A stretch of DNA of 64,000 bases from Kiritimatiellia bacterium. Lineage in GTDB: Bacteria > Verrucomicrobiota > Kiritimatiellia > RFP12 > UBA3636. The notes beneath the pieces are model-generated. The model was not told the origin of the DNA. It ran no database searches and was given only the letters and a program-made list of their open reading frames with translations. Of this stretch, positions 44,684 to 54,888 are shown piece after piece (within the stretch, counting starts at the first letter, position 1; every line of letters starts with the position of its first letter). Location: contig JBMNOD010000004.1 in NCBI GenBank assembly GCA_050942875.1, positions 4,578 through 68,577 of the forward strand, in the 5' to 3' direction. A program made the translations under genes and the position numbers.

Positions 44684-45430
44684 TCATTCATACCACACGC
44701 GCCAGAGGACGAGGCCTTGGGGCGGCGCGCTTTCGACGCGGGCGGTGCGGATGCGGGAATCCATGACGTCCGTCACGGCGGAAGGGCTTTCGCGGCTCGT
44801 GCCGACGGCGACGAGAAAGCCGGCGATGCTGCGCACCATCTTGTAGAGGAAGCCGTTGCCGGAAACGCGCAGTTCGATGAGCTCGCCGTCCTGGACGACC
44901 TCGATCCCGAAAACCTCCCGCACCGTGCTTTCGATCTCGCGCGAGGGATTGACCGTGAACGCGGCGAAATCATGTTCGCCGACAAATCGCCCGGCTCCCG
45001 CGCGCATTGCCTCAAGGTCGATCGGCTTGATCACGTGCGCGCAGTCGCGGCGGCGGAGGGGGTGCAGGACTTCCGCATTCCAGATCCTGTAGCGGTATTC
45101 CTTGCCGACCGCCCAGCGGCGCGCGTCGAAATCGTCGGCGACAGGCTCGGCGGCCAGCACGCGAACGTCGCGATTCGGCAAACGTCCGTTGATCGCGCGA
45201 CGAAGCTGATGAGGCGCCATGACCCGCTCCAGATCGAAATGCGCGACCTGGCCGTCGGCATGGACGCCGGCGTCGGTGCGTCCGCTGCCATGCACCTTCA
45301 CAGGCTGCCCATCATGCGAAAGCGGCGCCAGCGCCTCGCCCAGCTCCTGCTGGACCGTGCGGAACCCCGGCTGGATCTGCCAGCCGTGGAAGTCCGTGCC
45401 GTCGTAGGCGATGAGAATCCTGTAGCGCAT
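44684..45430 (-). CDS. truA: tRNA pseudouridine(38-40) synthase
   Basis: MRYRILIAYDGTDFHGWQIQ...GSGRTDAGVHA catalytic Asp motif of TruA. Confidence 0.9.
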   Translation of the reverse strand: MRYRILIAYDGTDFHGWQIQPGFRTVQQELGEALAPLSHDGQPVKVHGSGRTDAGVHADGQVAHFDLERVMAPHQLRRAINGRLPNRDVRVLAAEPVADDFDARRWAVGKEYRYRIWNAEVLHPLRRRDCAHVIKPIDLEAMRAGAGRFVGEHDFAAFTVNPSREIESTVREVFGIEVVQDGELIELRVSGNGFLYKMVRSIAGFLVAVGTSRESPSAVTDVMDSRIRTARVESAPPQGLVLWRVWYE

Positions 45431-45452
45431 TCGGAATCGAAGCGGAAGCCGA

Positions 45453-46088
45453 TCAGTCGCGACCGGCGGCGCGACGCAAATGAGGCCAATAGGCGACCGT
45501 GTAGGAAATGCCGGTGACCGCCGTGACGACGAGGAGCAAAAGCTCCATCCCGATCATCCAGGAAAGCGGAATCACCTCCATGCCTTCGTAGGCGTCGTGG
45601 CGCATCCGAAGCGTCTCAAGACCGAGGTTCAGATGGACGAGGACGAGCACGATGAAGCTGACGACCGTGCGCAGCTTGCCGAACCAGCTTGCCTTGACGT
45701 CCACGCCGTACTCGGAGCCGACGGAGCGCAGGAACGAGACCCACTGGTCGCGCAACGTCGAGGTGATGTCCAGGACGAGCAAGACGAGCGCATGGACGAC
45801 GCACTCGTTGTACATCGCGATGAACACGGCGGTCGGCAGCGCGATCGCGTTGAAGACCTTGTCCATCAGCGGGTCGAGCAAGGCGCCGAGGCGGCTGGTC
45901 AGCCCCCACTTGCGCGCGAGAAAGCCGTCGAAGAGGTCGGTCAGCGCCGAGAGCGCGAGCAGCGCGACCGCGGCGACGACCCAGCCGATGGCGGGGAAAA
46001 AGACGTTGATGATCGAACAAACCGCGGCGGCCATGACCAGGGGCGCGCGGGAAAAGGTCAAAACCATCAGAAGCGTGAAGCGGTTCAT
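45453..46088 (-). CDS. pgsA: CDP-alcohol phosphatidyltransferase (CDP-diacylglycerol--glycerol-3-phosphate 3-phosphatidyltransferase-like)
   Basis: DLFDGFLARKWGLTSRLGALLDPLMDK = D-G-x2-A-R-x8-G-x3-D-x3-D motif; start at MNRFTLL (ATGA overlap with upstream HAD gene). Confidence 0.75.
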   Translation of the reverse strand: MNRFTLLMVLTFSRAPLVMAAAVCSIINVFFPAIGWVVAAVALLALSALTDLFDGFLARKWGLTSRLGALLDPLMDKVFNAIALPTAVFIAMYNECVVHALVLLVLDITSTLRDQWVSFLRSVGSEYGVDVKASWFGKLRTVVSFIVLVLVHLNLGLETLRMRHDAYEGMEVIPLSWMIGMELLLLVVTAVTGISYTVAYWPHLRRAAGRD

Positions 46089-46870
46089 CGGCGGGCCCTC
46101 CTTCTTTTGGGCTGCTCCGTCTGGTCGCGACCGGCAATGAGCATCTCGACGACTTCGGCGAACCCCGCGCCGCCGCTGGCTTGCGTGATGCACGTCGGCT
46201 TGTGTTTAAGGTCGTCGAGGAACGGTTCGATGTTGGCGACGCCGAAGGTGACGGGGAAGGCGGCGAACATGGGCTCGTCGTTTGGCGAATCGCCAACGAA
46301 CGCATAATTCGCGGCGTCCGTCTCCAAGTCGGCGTTGTCAACGTCCTTGATGTACTGCCGCGCCATGGTCAGCTTGTCGAAGTCGCCAAACCAGCCGTTG
46401 ACGTGAATCGAGCTGACTTTGGCCTGGGCGCCGTGGGCCTTGAAGATCTCGACGATGTGGCGAACGGACTTTCGGCTGAGGCGCTTGACGTCCTCGCAAT
46501 AGTCGATGGCGAGATCGTATTCGCGATACGGCTGGTCGGCCGACACGGCGCTTCCGGGCACTTTTTCGAGGACTTCGCGCTCGATGGCCTTCAGCTTGCG
46601 ACGATTGGTCGCGCGCGTGCGCGGCGACTGCGAATGGATGCGGCGGATGCCGAACTTGACCCTGCGGAAATAGAAGGCGCCGTTTTCACCGATCACGCCG
46701 TCGATGGGCCACATGCGGGCGATGTGATCGCACCAACCCGCCGGGCGCCCGGTGACGGGCACGACGCGCAGCCCCGCCTCGTGCGCATCCCAGAGCGCGT
46801 TGAACGCTTCGCGGGGAAGGAACCCGTCGGTCGTCATCGTGTCGTCGATGTCACAAAATAAAAGGCGCAT
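46085..46870 (-). CDS. HAD superfamily hydrolase (Cof/HAD-IIB-like sugar phosphatase)
   Basis: N-terminal motif I LLFCDIDDTM (DxD), ...VPVTGR (motif II Thr), C-terminal GDSPNDEPMF (motif IV). Confidence 0.75.
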   Translation of the reverse strand: MRLLFCDIDDTMTTDGFLPREAFNALWDAHEAGLRVVPVTGRPAGWCDHIARMWPIDGVIGENGAFYFRRVKFGIRRIHSQSPRTRATNRRKLKAIEREVLEKVPGSAVSADQPYREYDLAIDYCEDVKRLSRKSVRHIVEIFKAHGAQAKVSSIHVNGWFGDFDKLTMARQYIKDVDNADLETDAANYAFVGDSPNDEPMFAAFPVTFGVANIEPFLDDLKHKPTCITQASGGAGFAEVVEMLIAGRDQTEQPKRRRARR

Positions 46871-46876
46871 AATCCA

Positions 46877-47633
46877 TCAAGGGGTTTCAGGAGAAGAAGG
46901 ATGGGCTTCGGGAGCATCGGACGAAGTCTCGGGCGGCAGGGGGGCCGCCTCGGACGCACCGTCGTCAAACCAAGTCGCTGCGGCGGCATTGGTGCTCTCG
47001 TCAAGCCGCGCGGCGGCCGAGGCCTCGGCGAGGCGGGCCGCATATTCAGCAAGCGCGGCCTGGTGCTTGGCCGAATCGCGTTGGAGAGTCGGCACATGCT
47101 TGTCGGCCAAGGCCTTGAAGAGACCGCCCAATTCTGGCACGAGCGCAGGGCGTGTGTAGGAAAAGGCGATGGGGATCTTGTTCTCGTCGAACTTGACGGG
47201 GTATTCCATGCCCACGTAGAGGTTTGAAGGCGAGAAGGGCGCGTCGTAGAGGCGGACGGCGCGCATCACGGCCGTCGTGCGATTCGTGAACATCAGGTAG
47301 ATCTTGTACTCGTCGCCTTCGACGATGCCGCTGGGAAAGTCGGTTGGCTCGGCCCGGGCAAGGTGCATGATGATGTTTGTGGCAATGTCATGCGAGCAGC
47401 CGACGAGGATGTTCGACGCCGTTGAATCGAGCATGAGGCACATCGCCATCATCGGCGTCGTCGCGTTGAGACGAACAAGTTCCGCGGCGGCGGCCTGCTC
47501 CCGATGCACGCGCATGTCGCGCCAATAGAGAATGGCGGCGGCGACCAACAGGACAATGCCGGTAAAGTTGATGACGTGGGACGCCGTTTTTTTGCCGGGA
47601 CGAGAGGCGGGCTGGGTTGAGCTAGCATTCATG
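46877..47633 (-). CDS. hypothetical membrane-anchored protein (N-terminal TM, Ala-rich C-terminal tail)
   Basis: Begins MNASSTQPASRPGKKTASHVINFTGIVLLVAAAILYW...; upstream part of ORF 46877..48067 is an out-of-context low-complexity extension. Confidence 0.5.
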
Positions 47634-48278
47634 GCAGGGCTCCTGGGGTTGTGGCGTCGCTGCATTTGTTTGCAGGACGCCGAAAAGGGATTGGATCGTC
47701 TTCCGCATCGCGGCGGCGGCCGCGGCGCGGTGTGAAAAAGCGCACTTGACGTCGGACGCAAGCTCCGCGAAGGTCTTGTCATGGCCATCGGGCAGGAAGA
47801 GCGGATCGTAGCCGAAGCCGTTCGAGCCGCGCGGCTCAAAAAGGATCTGGCCGGGGCAGACGCCCGTGGCGGTGAATTCCCGACCGTCGGGAGAAACGAG
47901 CGCGATGGCGCAGGCGAAACGGGCGGTTCGCCGCGAGGCGGGGACGTCGGCGAGCTTGTCGAGAAGCAGCCGGTTGTTGGCCTCGTCATCGCCATGATGG
48001 CCGGCGTAACGTGCCGAATGCACGCCGGGAGCGCCGCCCAGCGCATCGACTTCAAGTCCGGAATCATCCGCCAGCGCCCAGGCCGACGTGAAGGCGCAAA
48101 CGCCCCGCGCCTTGATCAGGGCGTTGGCCTCGAACGTCGCCCCGTCCTCTTCCACATCGGGCGCCCCCGGGAAGTCCGTCGCGGCGCGAAGCTTCTCGAC
48201 CGGCACGCCGAGGAGCTTGCGAAGCTCGGCGAGCTTGTGGGGATTGCGGGTGGCGACGACGATCAAAGGGAAGTTCAT
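47622..48278 (-). CDS. rdgB: non-canonical purine NTP pyrophosphatase (RdgB/HAM1 family ITPase)
   Basis: LIVVATRNPHKLAELRKLL...EEDGATFEANALIKAR...FGYDPLF signature of Ham1/RdgB. Confidence 0.85.
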   Translation of the reverse strand: MNFPLIVVATRNPHKLAELRKLLGVPVEKLRAATDFPGAPDVEEDGATFEANALIKARGVCAFTSAWALADDSGLEVDALGGAPGVHSARYAGHHGDDEANNRLLLDKLADVPASRRTARFACAIALVSPDGREFTATGVCPGQILFEPRGSNGFGYDPLFLPDGHDKTFAELASDVKCAFSHRAAAAAAMRKTIQSLFGVLQTNAATPQPQEPCHEC

Positions 48279-49267
48279 GGCGAATCAACCGGATCTGGTT
48301 TTCTGCGGACGTGCGGGTTTTCCGTCACGTCGCCCGTCCCGCCTTCATAGACATTCATCTCGGAAGACGAACGGTGGATGACGTTGGTGATGTTGCGCTG
48401 TGCGTCCAGCTTCTTGCGGACATCGGTGAGCACAGGATGGATGAGCGGCACAAATTCGTCCAACTGGCGCTTCCAGGCGTTGGGATCAAGGCTGGTGCGT
48501 TCGAAGGAGATCGACACGTAGCCCCAGCGCGGACGATAGTTGCGAAGCGAATTGTCGATCGCCATGTGCAGGAAGCGCTCGAGGTGGGAGTCGGTCTCCC
48601 GCTCGGGGTTGAAGAGCCAGTACGCATACGTTGCCGGAATGACGGCCTTTTCGCCCTCGTCGCCCTCGTCGCCGAAGACCTGCTGGATGTCGAGCACGCG
48701 GATGCGGAGCGTCTGCCCGTCGCCAAGGTCCACGTCGTAGGGCTGCTCGTTGGTGATGCGGTTCCCCTGGGAGACGAGGCAGACTTGCGGCCGGTGGATG
48801 CTGCGGCGCTCGATGCCCGAGAAGACGATCGTCACCTGGACCGGCGTCGAGCCTTCGCAGAGATAGACGCGGCGGAAGATGGGCGTGTTGTCCGGCAGCA
48901 GCTTCGCCTCGCCGATGGAGATCGCGGAGAGCGGCGATCCGCAAACCAGGCAGTTCGTCGCCAGGTTGCCCGGATCCTCGGAAAACGCCGACGCCGCCTC
49001 CCCTTCGACAGTGGCCGGCACCTCGTTCGTCATGACGAGCTCGGACTCGCGAAACGCACGTGAACACTGGTCGTTCGTGCAGAAGCGAATGCGCTCGGCA
49101 CGGTAGCCGCCCAGCTCCGCGGGCATTTCCAGCGGAATCTCGCCCGTTGGATTGCCATAAATCGTACGCGGACGCCCGAGATAGACGCCGGCGACGACGA
49201 CGAGGGCCAGGGCGATCAGGCCCGGGATTGCTTTGACGACGCCAGTGCGCATAGCTTGGCCCTCCAA
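48275..49267 (-). CDS. exosortase-associated EpsI-like protein (N-terminal TM; contains paired CxxC-like Cys motifs)
   Basis: Immediately downstream of, and overlapping, the exosortase gene; TM (AIPGLIALALVVVAGVYL) plus periplasmic domain; CTNDQC...CLVCGSP cysteine pairs; assignment by context and architecture. Confidence 0.5.
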   Translation of the reverse strand: MEGQAMRTGVVKAIPGLIALALVVVAGVYLGRPRTIYGNPTGEIPLEMPAELGGYRAERIRFCTNDQCSRAFRESELVMTNEVPATVEGEAASAFSEDPGNLATNCLVCGSPLSAISIGEAKLLPDNTPIFRRVYLCEGSTPVQVTIVFSGIERRSIHRPQVCLVSQGNRITNEQPYDVDLGDGQTLRIRVLDIQQVFGDEGDEGEKAVIPATYAYWLFNPERETDSHLERFLHMAIDNSLRNYRPRWGYVSISFERTSLDPNAWKRQLDEFVPLIHPVLTDVRKKLDAQRNITNVIHRSSSEMNVYEGGTGDVTENPHVRRKPDPVDSP

Positions 49268-50196
49268 TCGATTTCAAGAAGCGCCCCGGTCCCCATCAAC
49301 AGCAGCAGGGACAAGACGAAGACGAGAATGCCGGACAAGTCGTGGTACAGCGTCATGGCCAGATCCATGCCGATCCACTCGGCCACCACCCCGAGCGAGA
49401 AGATGCGCAGCGCGTTGGCGAGCATCGCCAGCGGCACGGACAGCACGAAGAGAGTGGTTTGCCGCCAGAAGCCGGTCAGCGTCAGGTAGGCATACGGCGC
49501 GGCCAGCGCGGTCATGACGATCAGCGAACGCAACCCGCTGCAGGCATCCGCCACGTCAAACTGGAAGCCGCCCCCCGCGGCGCTGTAGACAACGGTGCCA
49601 TGGCGCACGGCTTCGATGCCGACGCCGTGAAGGAAGGTGCAGGCGAGGCTGCTCGCCATCAGACGAAGCGGCATCGTCACCTCCATGAGCAGCCACCCGC
49701 AGAAGCAGAGAAAGGCGTAGGCGGCGGGAAAAAGCAGCAGCTTTGCGACTTCCCATCCCCAAATCGCATAGGCAATGCCCCAGAAGACGCCGACGGACGA
49801 GCCCAACGAAAGCCGGGGAAGCTGGGCGCGGTAGCCGAGCACATGCGCCGCGAGCGAGAGCGCCACGACCCCGAGCCCGAGCCAGCTCGGGCGCACCGGC
49901 GCCTTCGCCAGTTCCATGCGATTGCGGTGGATCACATAGGCGGAGAACAGGAGCATCACCCAGTTGTGGCGAAAGTTCTCGTGACGCCACTGGATGGCGA
50001 CCCAGCCGAAAATCGAGCTCGGCTCGTTGGCAACGTCTGAATCGCTGCCAAAGGCGACATAGAGCCAGACGGCCGCGATCGTCGCCGCGACGAACGCAAC
50101 CCATCGCCAAGGATCGGGTCGAAAGCCCTTGAGTGTTGATGCTTCATCTTGCTGCATATGACCGGATAGCTTACCGAAAGACGCGGATTTTTTCAA
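49216..50196 (-). CDS. exosortase (XrtA/EpsH family transpeptidase)
   Basis: 8-TM protein with conserved DVADACSGLRSL (Cys active site), Arg and Asn blocks (NALRIFSLGVV) typical of exosortases. Confidence 0.8.
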   Translation of the reverse strand: MKKSASFGKLSGHMQQDEASTLKGFRPDPWRWVAFVAATIAAVWLYVAFGSDSDVANEPSSIFGWVAIQWRHENFRHNWVMLLFSAYVIHRNRMELAKAPVRPSWLGLGVVALSLAAHVLGYRAQLPRLSLGSSVGVFWGIAYAIWGWEVAKLLLFPAAYAFLCFCGWLLMEVTMPLRLMASSLACTFLHGVGIEAVRHGTVVYSAAGGGFQFDVADACSGLRSLIVMTALAAPYAYLTLTGFWRQTTLFVLSVPLAMLANALRIFSLGVVAEWIGMDLAMTLYHDLSGILVFVLSLLLLMGTGALLEIDWRAKLCALASSKQSRA

Positions 50197-50220
50197 TGAT
50201 GGATTTTAAACGCGCGGCAA

Positions 50221-51546
50221 CTAGGGCGCCTGCCACCCGCTGCGCTTCTGCCGACGCTTCTCCATGGGCAGCGGCACCATGCGCAACAAGCAGAAAAGAC
50301 CCGGCAGCAACAGCGCGAAGGCCAGCGCAAAGTAACGCCGATAGACCGGGATCATCACGGCGCCGGTCGCCGACGGATCAACCCCCCGCCCCAGGCAATG
50401 CAGCAACCCGCCCGACAGCAGCATCCCGATCGCGCCGGCGCCGACGCCGGTCACCATGTTCATCAGCATGGTGGCAGACACCCGCCGCTCGGCCGAGACG
50501 GTCTGCAAGAAGTAGTGCGTCACGGAATTCTCGGACGTCACGCGCGTCGCCCCGGCCAAAGCGAAAAGCAAGGCGGCCAGCGACATCGCGGCCGTGAACA
50601 CATCCGGTGCAAACGACCACAAAACGGCCGTGACGAGCATCAGGCTGTAAGCCAGGATCAGCGTCTTGCGCGGTCCAATCCGGGGGGTGATCTTCGCCAC
50701 CGCGATCGAGGCCAACGCCGCAGAGCCATATTGGAGCAACGAAAAAAGCAGCGCCCCCGTGTCGCTCACGCCATGGCCCCGCTTGATGAAAAGCACCGAT
50801 ACCGGCGCCAGCATCACGAGCGAGAGATTGTTGACGAAACTGCCGAGCAACAACCGGCGGAACGAGCTGTCACGCAAGGCCTCGACCATTTCATGCACCA
50901 CCGGGCGCCGGGCCGAATCGCGAATCGCGCCCGTCTCGTCGACACGGCGCAGAAATGTCGAGGCGAACACCCCGAGAGCCGAACCCGCGACAATGATCAA
51001 CGCAATGGCAAGCAGCGTCTCCGAAATCTTGAGCACGACGCTGATCGCGATCAACGCCACGAAACAGGCCGCGTAAAACAAAGCGCTGTTGGTGGCGATG
51101 AACCGAGGCCGTTCCTCGTCCGTCGAAATGTCGCCCAGAAGCGGCTGGGACATGACAACGCCGGCCGCGCGAAAACCATAGAAGAAAAACGCGCCCCCGA
51201 CCAGACAGATCAGCGCAAGGGCCGAAAGCCCAAAATGCTTCCAGAGCGCGGAAGAAGCCACGACCAGCGCGGCAAAATTGCGCGCGACCCAGAAGACAGC
51301 CTGGCTCCGGGCGCCCCCGACCCTCGCGGAAACGACTTTGCCCAGCGGCAACAGGACAAAGCCAAAGAACATCATGCCGCCGAGAACGGCGGTCACGACA
51401 TCCGAAAACCCAAGCTTGAGCGCAAGCAAGATCATGAGCGTCTCGCCCACGCACATGTAGGAAAGGCCGTTGACGGCGTTGAAGGCGTTGATGTTGCGCT
51501 GCGAACGTTTGCGTTGTTCGAGCGTAAGTTCTTGTTCGAGAATCAT
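50221..51546 (-). CDS. MFS transporter
   Basis: 12 predicted TM helices, MFS-type loop motifs; start set at MILEQEL (ORF extends to 51711). Confidence 0.7.
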   Translation of the reverse strand: MILEQELTLEQRKRSQRNINAFNAVNGLSYMCVGETLMILLALKLGFSDVVTAVLGGMMFFGFVLLPLGKVVSARVGGARSQAVFWVARNFAALVVASSALWKHFGLSALALICLVGGAFFFYGFRAAGVVMSQPLLGDISTDEERPRFIATNSALFYAACFVALIAISVVLKISETLLAIALIIVAGSALGVFASTFLRRVDETGAIRDSARRPVVHEMVEALRDSSFRRLLLGSFVNNLSLVMLAPVSVLFIKRGHGVSDTGALLFSLLQYGSAALASIAVAKITPRIGPRKTLILAYSLMLVTAVLWSFAPDVFTAAMSLAALLFALAGATRVTSENSVTHYFLQTVSAERRVSATMLMNMVTGVGAGAIGMLLSGGLLHCLGRGVDPSATGAVMIPVYRRYFALAFALLLPGLFCLLRMVPLPMEKRRQKRSGWQAP

Positions 51547-51735
51547 GGGATTGCCGCGCGAGAAAAGCAGTGAAAAACGCGGCAAGGCCGCGGGTGCCGT
51601 AAAAAAGCCATCTGAGGGATCAAGTCTACAACATGACGGTGGAAAATGCAAATTCTTGCTTTTCATCTCAAAAACTGCTATTTCTTTAATCCGCGGGATC
51701 CAACTTCGCATCCATCAACACCGCACGGTGCCATT

Positions 51736-52476
51736 ATGAAAATTCGATCTTTCTTCCTTGCACTGCTCGCGCTGTGCTTCTCCGCAGGCGCGGCCACCAC
51801 CGCAAGCCAGGCGACACCCTGGCGCATTCTCTGCGTCGGCGATTCAATCACGCAGGGCGGGCGCGTGAACCGCGCGGAACATACGTATCGGCTCCCGCTT
51901 CAGAAGCTTCTGCATCAAGCGGGCATCGCCTACGATTTCATTGGCTCGCGCCAAGCCGGCCTTGAAGCCGGAGCCCAATGGCCGGATGTCGCCAAGGGCG
52001 TCCCATTCGATCCGGATCACGAAGGATACTACGGCGCCAAGACCGCCGAGGCGCTCGCGAAGGTCCAGGCGGCCTGGAAGCACCATGCGCCGCCGCCAGA
52101 TTTCGTGCTGATCCACCTCGGCACGAACGACCAGGACAACACGCCGCACGACGACACCGTCCAGAAGCCCCTGCGCGACTTCATCGCGTTCCTCCGGACG
52201 AAGAACCCGCGCGTCGTCGTGCTGCTCGGCCATCTCAACTTCAACTGCTCCAAAGGCGCAAATTCAATCCGGCCGCTCGTCGAGGCGCTGGCGACGGAGC
52301 TGGCGACGGCGGAATCGCCCGTCGCCACCGTCCACCACTACAAGGGCTGGTTTGAAATGCCCGGCAAACCCGAGAGCGACACCTTCGACTGGGCGCACCC
52401 CAATCCCCAGGGCCAGATGAAAATGGCCAAAGCCTGGTTCAAGGCGATGCAAACGGCAAAACCGGCAAAACAGTGA
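51736..52476 (+). CDS. secreted SGNH/GDSL hydrolase
   Basis: Signal peptide MKIRSFFLALLALCFSAGAA; ILCVGDSITQGG (GDSL Ser block), HLGTND (block III), DWAHP (block V DxxH). Confidence 0.75.
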   Translation: MKIRSFFLALLALCFSAGAATTASQATPWRILCVGDSITQGGRVNRAEHTYRLPLQKLLHQAGIAYDFIGSRQAGLEAGAQWPDVAKGVPFDPDHEGYYGAKTAEALAKVQAAWKHHAPPPDFVLIHLGTNDQDNTPHDDTVQKPLRDFIAFLRTKNPRVVVLLGHLNFNCSKGANSIRPLVEALATELATAESPVATVHHYKGWFEMPGKPESDTFDWAHPNPQGQMKMAKAWFKAMQTAKPAKQ

Positions 52477-52537
52477 AGCAAGCCGACCGTCTGTCGCATC
52501 GAGTCTCTCAAGATCAGAAACGTCATCAATTGCAACT

Positions 52538-54676
52538 ATGAGCAACCGCAACCGAACCCACGCCATCAACGAGATCGCCGTCAACCCCGTTCCGGTTCCC
52601 TGCGAACCGCGTCCGGCGACCATCGACCACTACGGCATCGACGTCTTCAACGAGACCGCCATCCGCAGGCATCTCGCCCGCGACATCGCCGAAAAGCTGC
52701 TGGAGACCGCGCAAAAGGCGGCGCCGCTCGATCCGGAGATCGCCGGCGACGTCGCGCACGCCATGAAGGAGTGGGCCGTCGACCGCGGCGCCACGCACTA
52801 CACGCACTGGTTCCAGCCGCTCACCGGCGGCACCGCCGAGCGGCACGAGTCGTTCGTGACCCAGGCGCCTCGCGGCAAGGCCGTCTTCGCCTTCTCAGGC
52901 AAGAACCTCGTCTTCGGCGAATCCGACGCCTCCAGCTTCCCCTCCGGCGGCATCCGCTCCACGTTCGAGGCGCGCGGCTACACCGCCTGGGATCCCACGA
53001 GCCCGGCGTTCATCAAGCGCCACGCCAACGGCGCCACGCTCTGCATCCCCACCGCCTTCTGCAGCTACACCGGCGAAGTGCTCGACAAGAAGACCCCCCT
53101 GCTCCGCTCCATCCAGGCGCTCAAGGCCTCCGTGACCCGCCTCATGCGATGCTTCGGCATCCCGGAAGACACGCCGATCGTCTCGCTGGGGGCCGAGCAG
53201 GAGTACTTCCTGATCGACAAGAAATTCTACCTCAACCGCCCCGACCTCCTGCAGACCGGACGCACCCTCTTCGGCGCCCCGCCCCCCAAGCACCAGCAGC
53301 TCGAAGACCACTACTTCGGCGCCATCAAGCCCCGGATCATCAAGTTCATGACCGAGGTCGAGGAAGAGCTTTGGAAGCTCGGCATCCCCGCCAAGACGCG
53401 CCACAACGAAGTCGCGCCCGCCCAGTTCGAGCTGGCGCCGGTGTTCGAGGACCTCAACATCGCCGTGGACCACAACATGCTCGTCATGGAGACGCTGCGC
53501 CAGGTCGCCGAACGCAACGGCCTCGTCTGCCTGCTCCACGAAAAGCCCTTCGCCGGCATCAACGGCTCCGGCAAGCACAACAACTGGTCCATCGGCTACG
53601 GCTCGCGCAACCTGCTCGACCCCGGCTCCGATCCCGAGCAGAACATGATCTTCCTCACCGTGCTCTCGGCGATCCTTCGCGGCGTCGACCTCCACGCCGA
53701 CCTGCTGCGCTCCACCACGTGCAGCCTCGCCAACGACCACCGCCTCGGCGCCAACGAGGCGCCCCCGGCGATCATCTCCGTGTTCCTGGGCGACCAGCTC
53801 GAAGGCATCCTCGACCAGATCGCCAAGGGCTCCGTCTCCTCCAGCCGCAAGGCCGCCACCATGCGCATCGGCGTGGACGTCCTCCCCGCCCTGCCGCAAG
53901 ACACCACGGACCGCAACCGCACGAGCCCCTTCGCCTTCACCGGCAACAAGTTCGAATTCCGCGCGCCCGGCTCGAGCCAGTCGTGCGCCACCTCGAACAT
54001 GTTCCTCAACACGATCGTCGCGGAATCGCTCGACTTCGTTTCGGAACAGCTCGAGAAAGCTTCGCCCAGGGAATTCAACAACGTCGTCGTCAAAGTCGTC
54101 CGCGACATCGTCGTCAAGCACCGCCGGATCATCTTCAACGGCAACGGCTACAGCCCCGAATGGGAGGCCGAAGCCGCCCGCCGGGGGCTGCCCAACCTCA
54201 AAACCACGCCCGAAGCGCTCAAGCCCCTGCTCGACCCCGCGAACCAGAAGCTGATGGAGAAGCACCGCGTCTTCTCGAAGATCGAGATGGAGTCGCGCCA
54301 CGAGGTCTTCCTCGCGGAATACCGCCGGAAGCTCCGCATCGAAGGCAAAGTCGCCCTTGAAATCGCCACCAGCATGATCCTGCCCGTCTCCGCCGCCTAC
54401 TACGGCCGCCTCACCGCGAACCTCGCCACCGCCGCCCAGAGCAAGCTCGAGACCGGCGTCGGCTGCCTCCGCCGCCTGGCCGAACAAGTCGGCGCCGGCA
54501 TCGACCGCCTCGACGCCGCCTGCGATGCGTTGCGCAAGGCGATCGCCGCCCGCGATTCCGCCGAGACCCTTGCGACCATGGACAAGCTCCGCGAACAAGT
54601 CGACGCCCTCGAACTCCTCGTCGACGACGCCTGCTGGCCCCTCCCCAAATACCGCGAGATGCTCTTCATCTATTAG
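52538..54676 (+). CDS. glnN: glutamine synthetase type III
   Basis: 712 aa (GSIII size); N-terminal GATHYTHWFQPLTG block characteristic of GlnN; catalytic GS domain blocks (KPFAGINGSGKHNNWS; NRTSPFAFTGNKFEFR). Confidence 0.85.
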   Translation: MSNRNRTHAINEIAVNPVPVPCEPRPATIDHYGIDVFNETAIRRHLARDIAEKLLETAQKAAPLDPEIAGDVAHAMKEWAVDRGATHYTHWFQPLTGGTAERHESFVTQAPRGKAVFAFSGKNLVFGESDASSFPSGGIRSTFEARGYTAWDPTSPAFIKRHANGATLCIPTAFCSYTGEVLDKKTPLLRSIQALKASVTRLMRCFGIPEDTPIVSLGAEQEYFLIDKKFYLNRPDLLQTGRTLFGAPPPKHQQLEDHYFGAIKPRIIKFMTEVEEELWKLGIPAKTRHNEVAPAQFELAPVFEDLNIAVDHNMLVMETLRQVAERNGLVCLLHEKPFAGINGSGKHNNWSIGYGSRNLLDPGSDPEQNMIFLTVLSAILRGVDLHADLLRSTTCSLANDHRLGANEAPPAIISVFLGDQLEGILDQIAKGSVSSSRKAATMRIGVDVLPALPQDTTDRNRTSPFAFTGNKFEFRAPGSSQSCATSNMFLNTIVAESLDFVSEQLEKASPREFNNVVVKVVRDIVVKHRRIIFNGNGYSPEWEAEAARRGLPNLKTTPEALKPLLDPANQKLMEKHRVFSKIEMESRHEVFLAEYRRKLRIEGKVALEIATSMILPVSAAYYGRLTANLATAAQSKLETGVGCLRRLAEQVGAGIDRLDAACDALRKAIAARDSAETLATMDKLREQVDALELLVDDACWPLPKYREMLFIY

Positions 54677-54863
54677 AGCGGTTTGAGAAAATCCGTGTCC
54701 ATATTCTATCCTCCAGCTCAAAACGCCGAATCCTGGTTCAAATCGTGCGGCTATGCTATTTCTCAAGTCGCTCTAGTGGGAAGAGAGGAGTGGGAAGTGA
54801 GGAGTTTCCGCCGGGGCTCCGCCCCAGCCAACGCGACGCACGCCTCACTCCTCGCCCCTCACT

Positions 54864-54888
54864 GTTTTTGGGGGCCAGCCCCAAAAAC
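54864..54888. terminator. bidirectional rho-independent terminator between convergent glnN and membrane-protein genes
   Basis: GTTTTTGGGG-gccag-CCCCAAAAAC: perfect 10-bp inverted repeat with T-tract on one side and A-tract on the other. Confidence 0.6.

Noticed and set aside
44310-44846. 178-aa and ~100-aa ORFs on both strands
   Set aside because: They lie over the 112-bp tandem repeat. The repeated peptide segments arise simply from the DNA repeat, and the ORFs overlap the truA 3' end.
52771-54766. 529-aa (+) and 623-aa (-) ORFs over the GS type III gene
   Set aside because: They are alternative or antisense frames with low-complexity translations.
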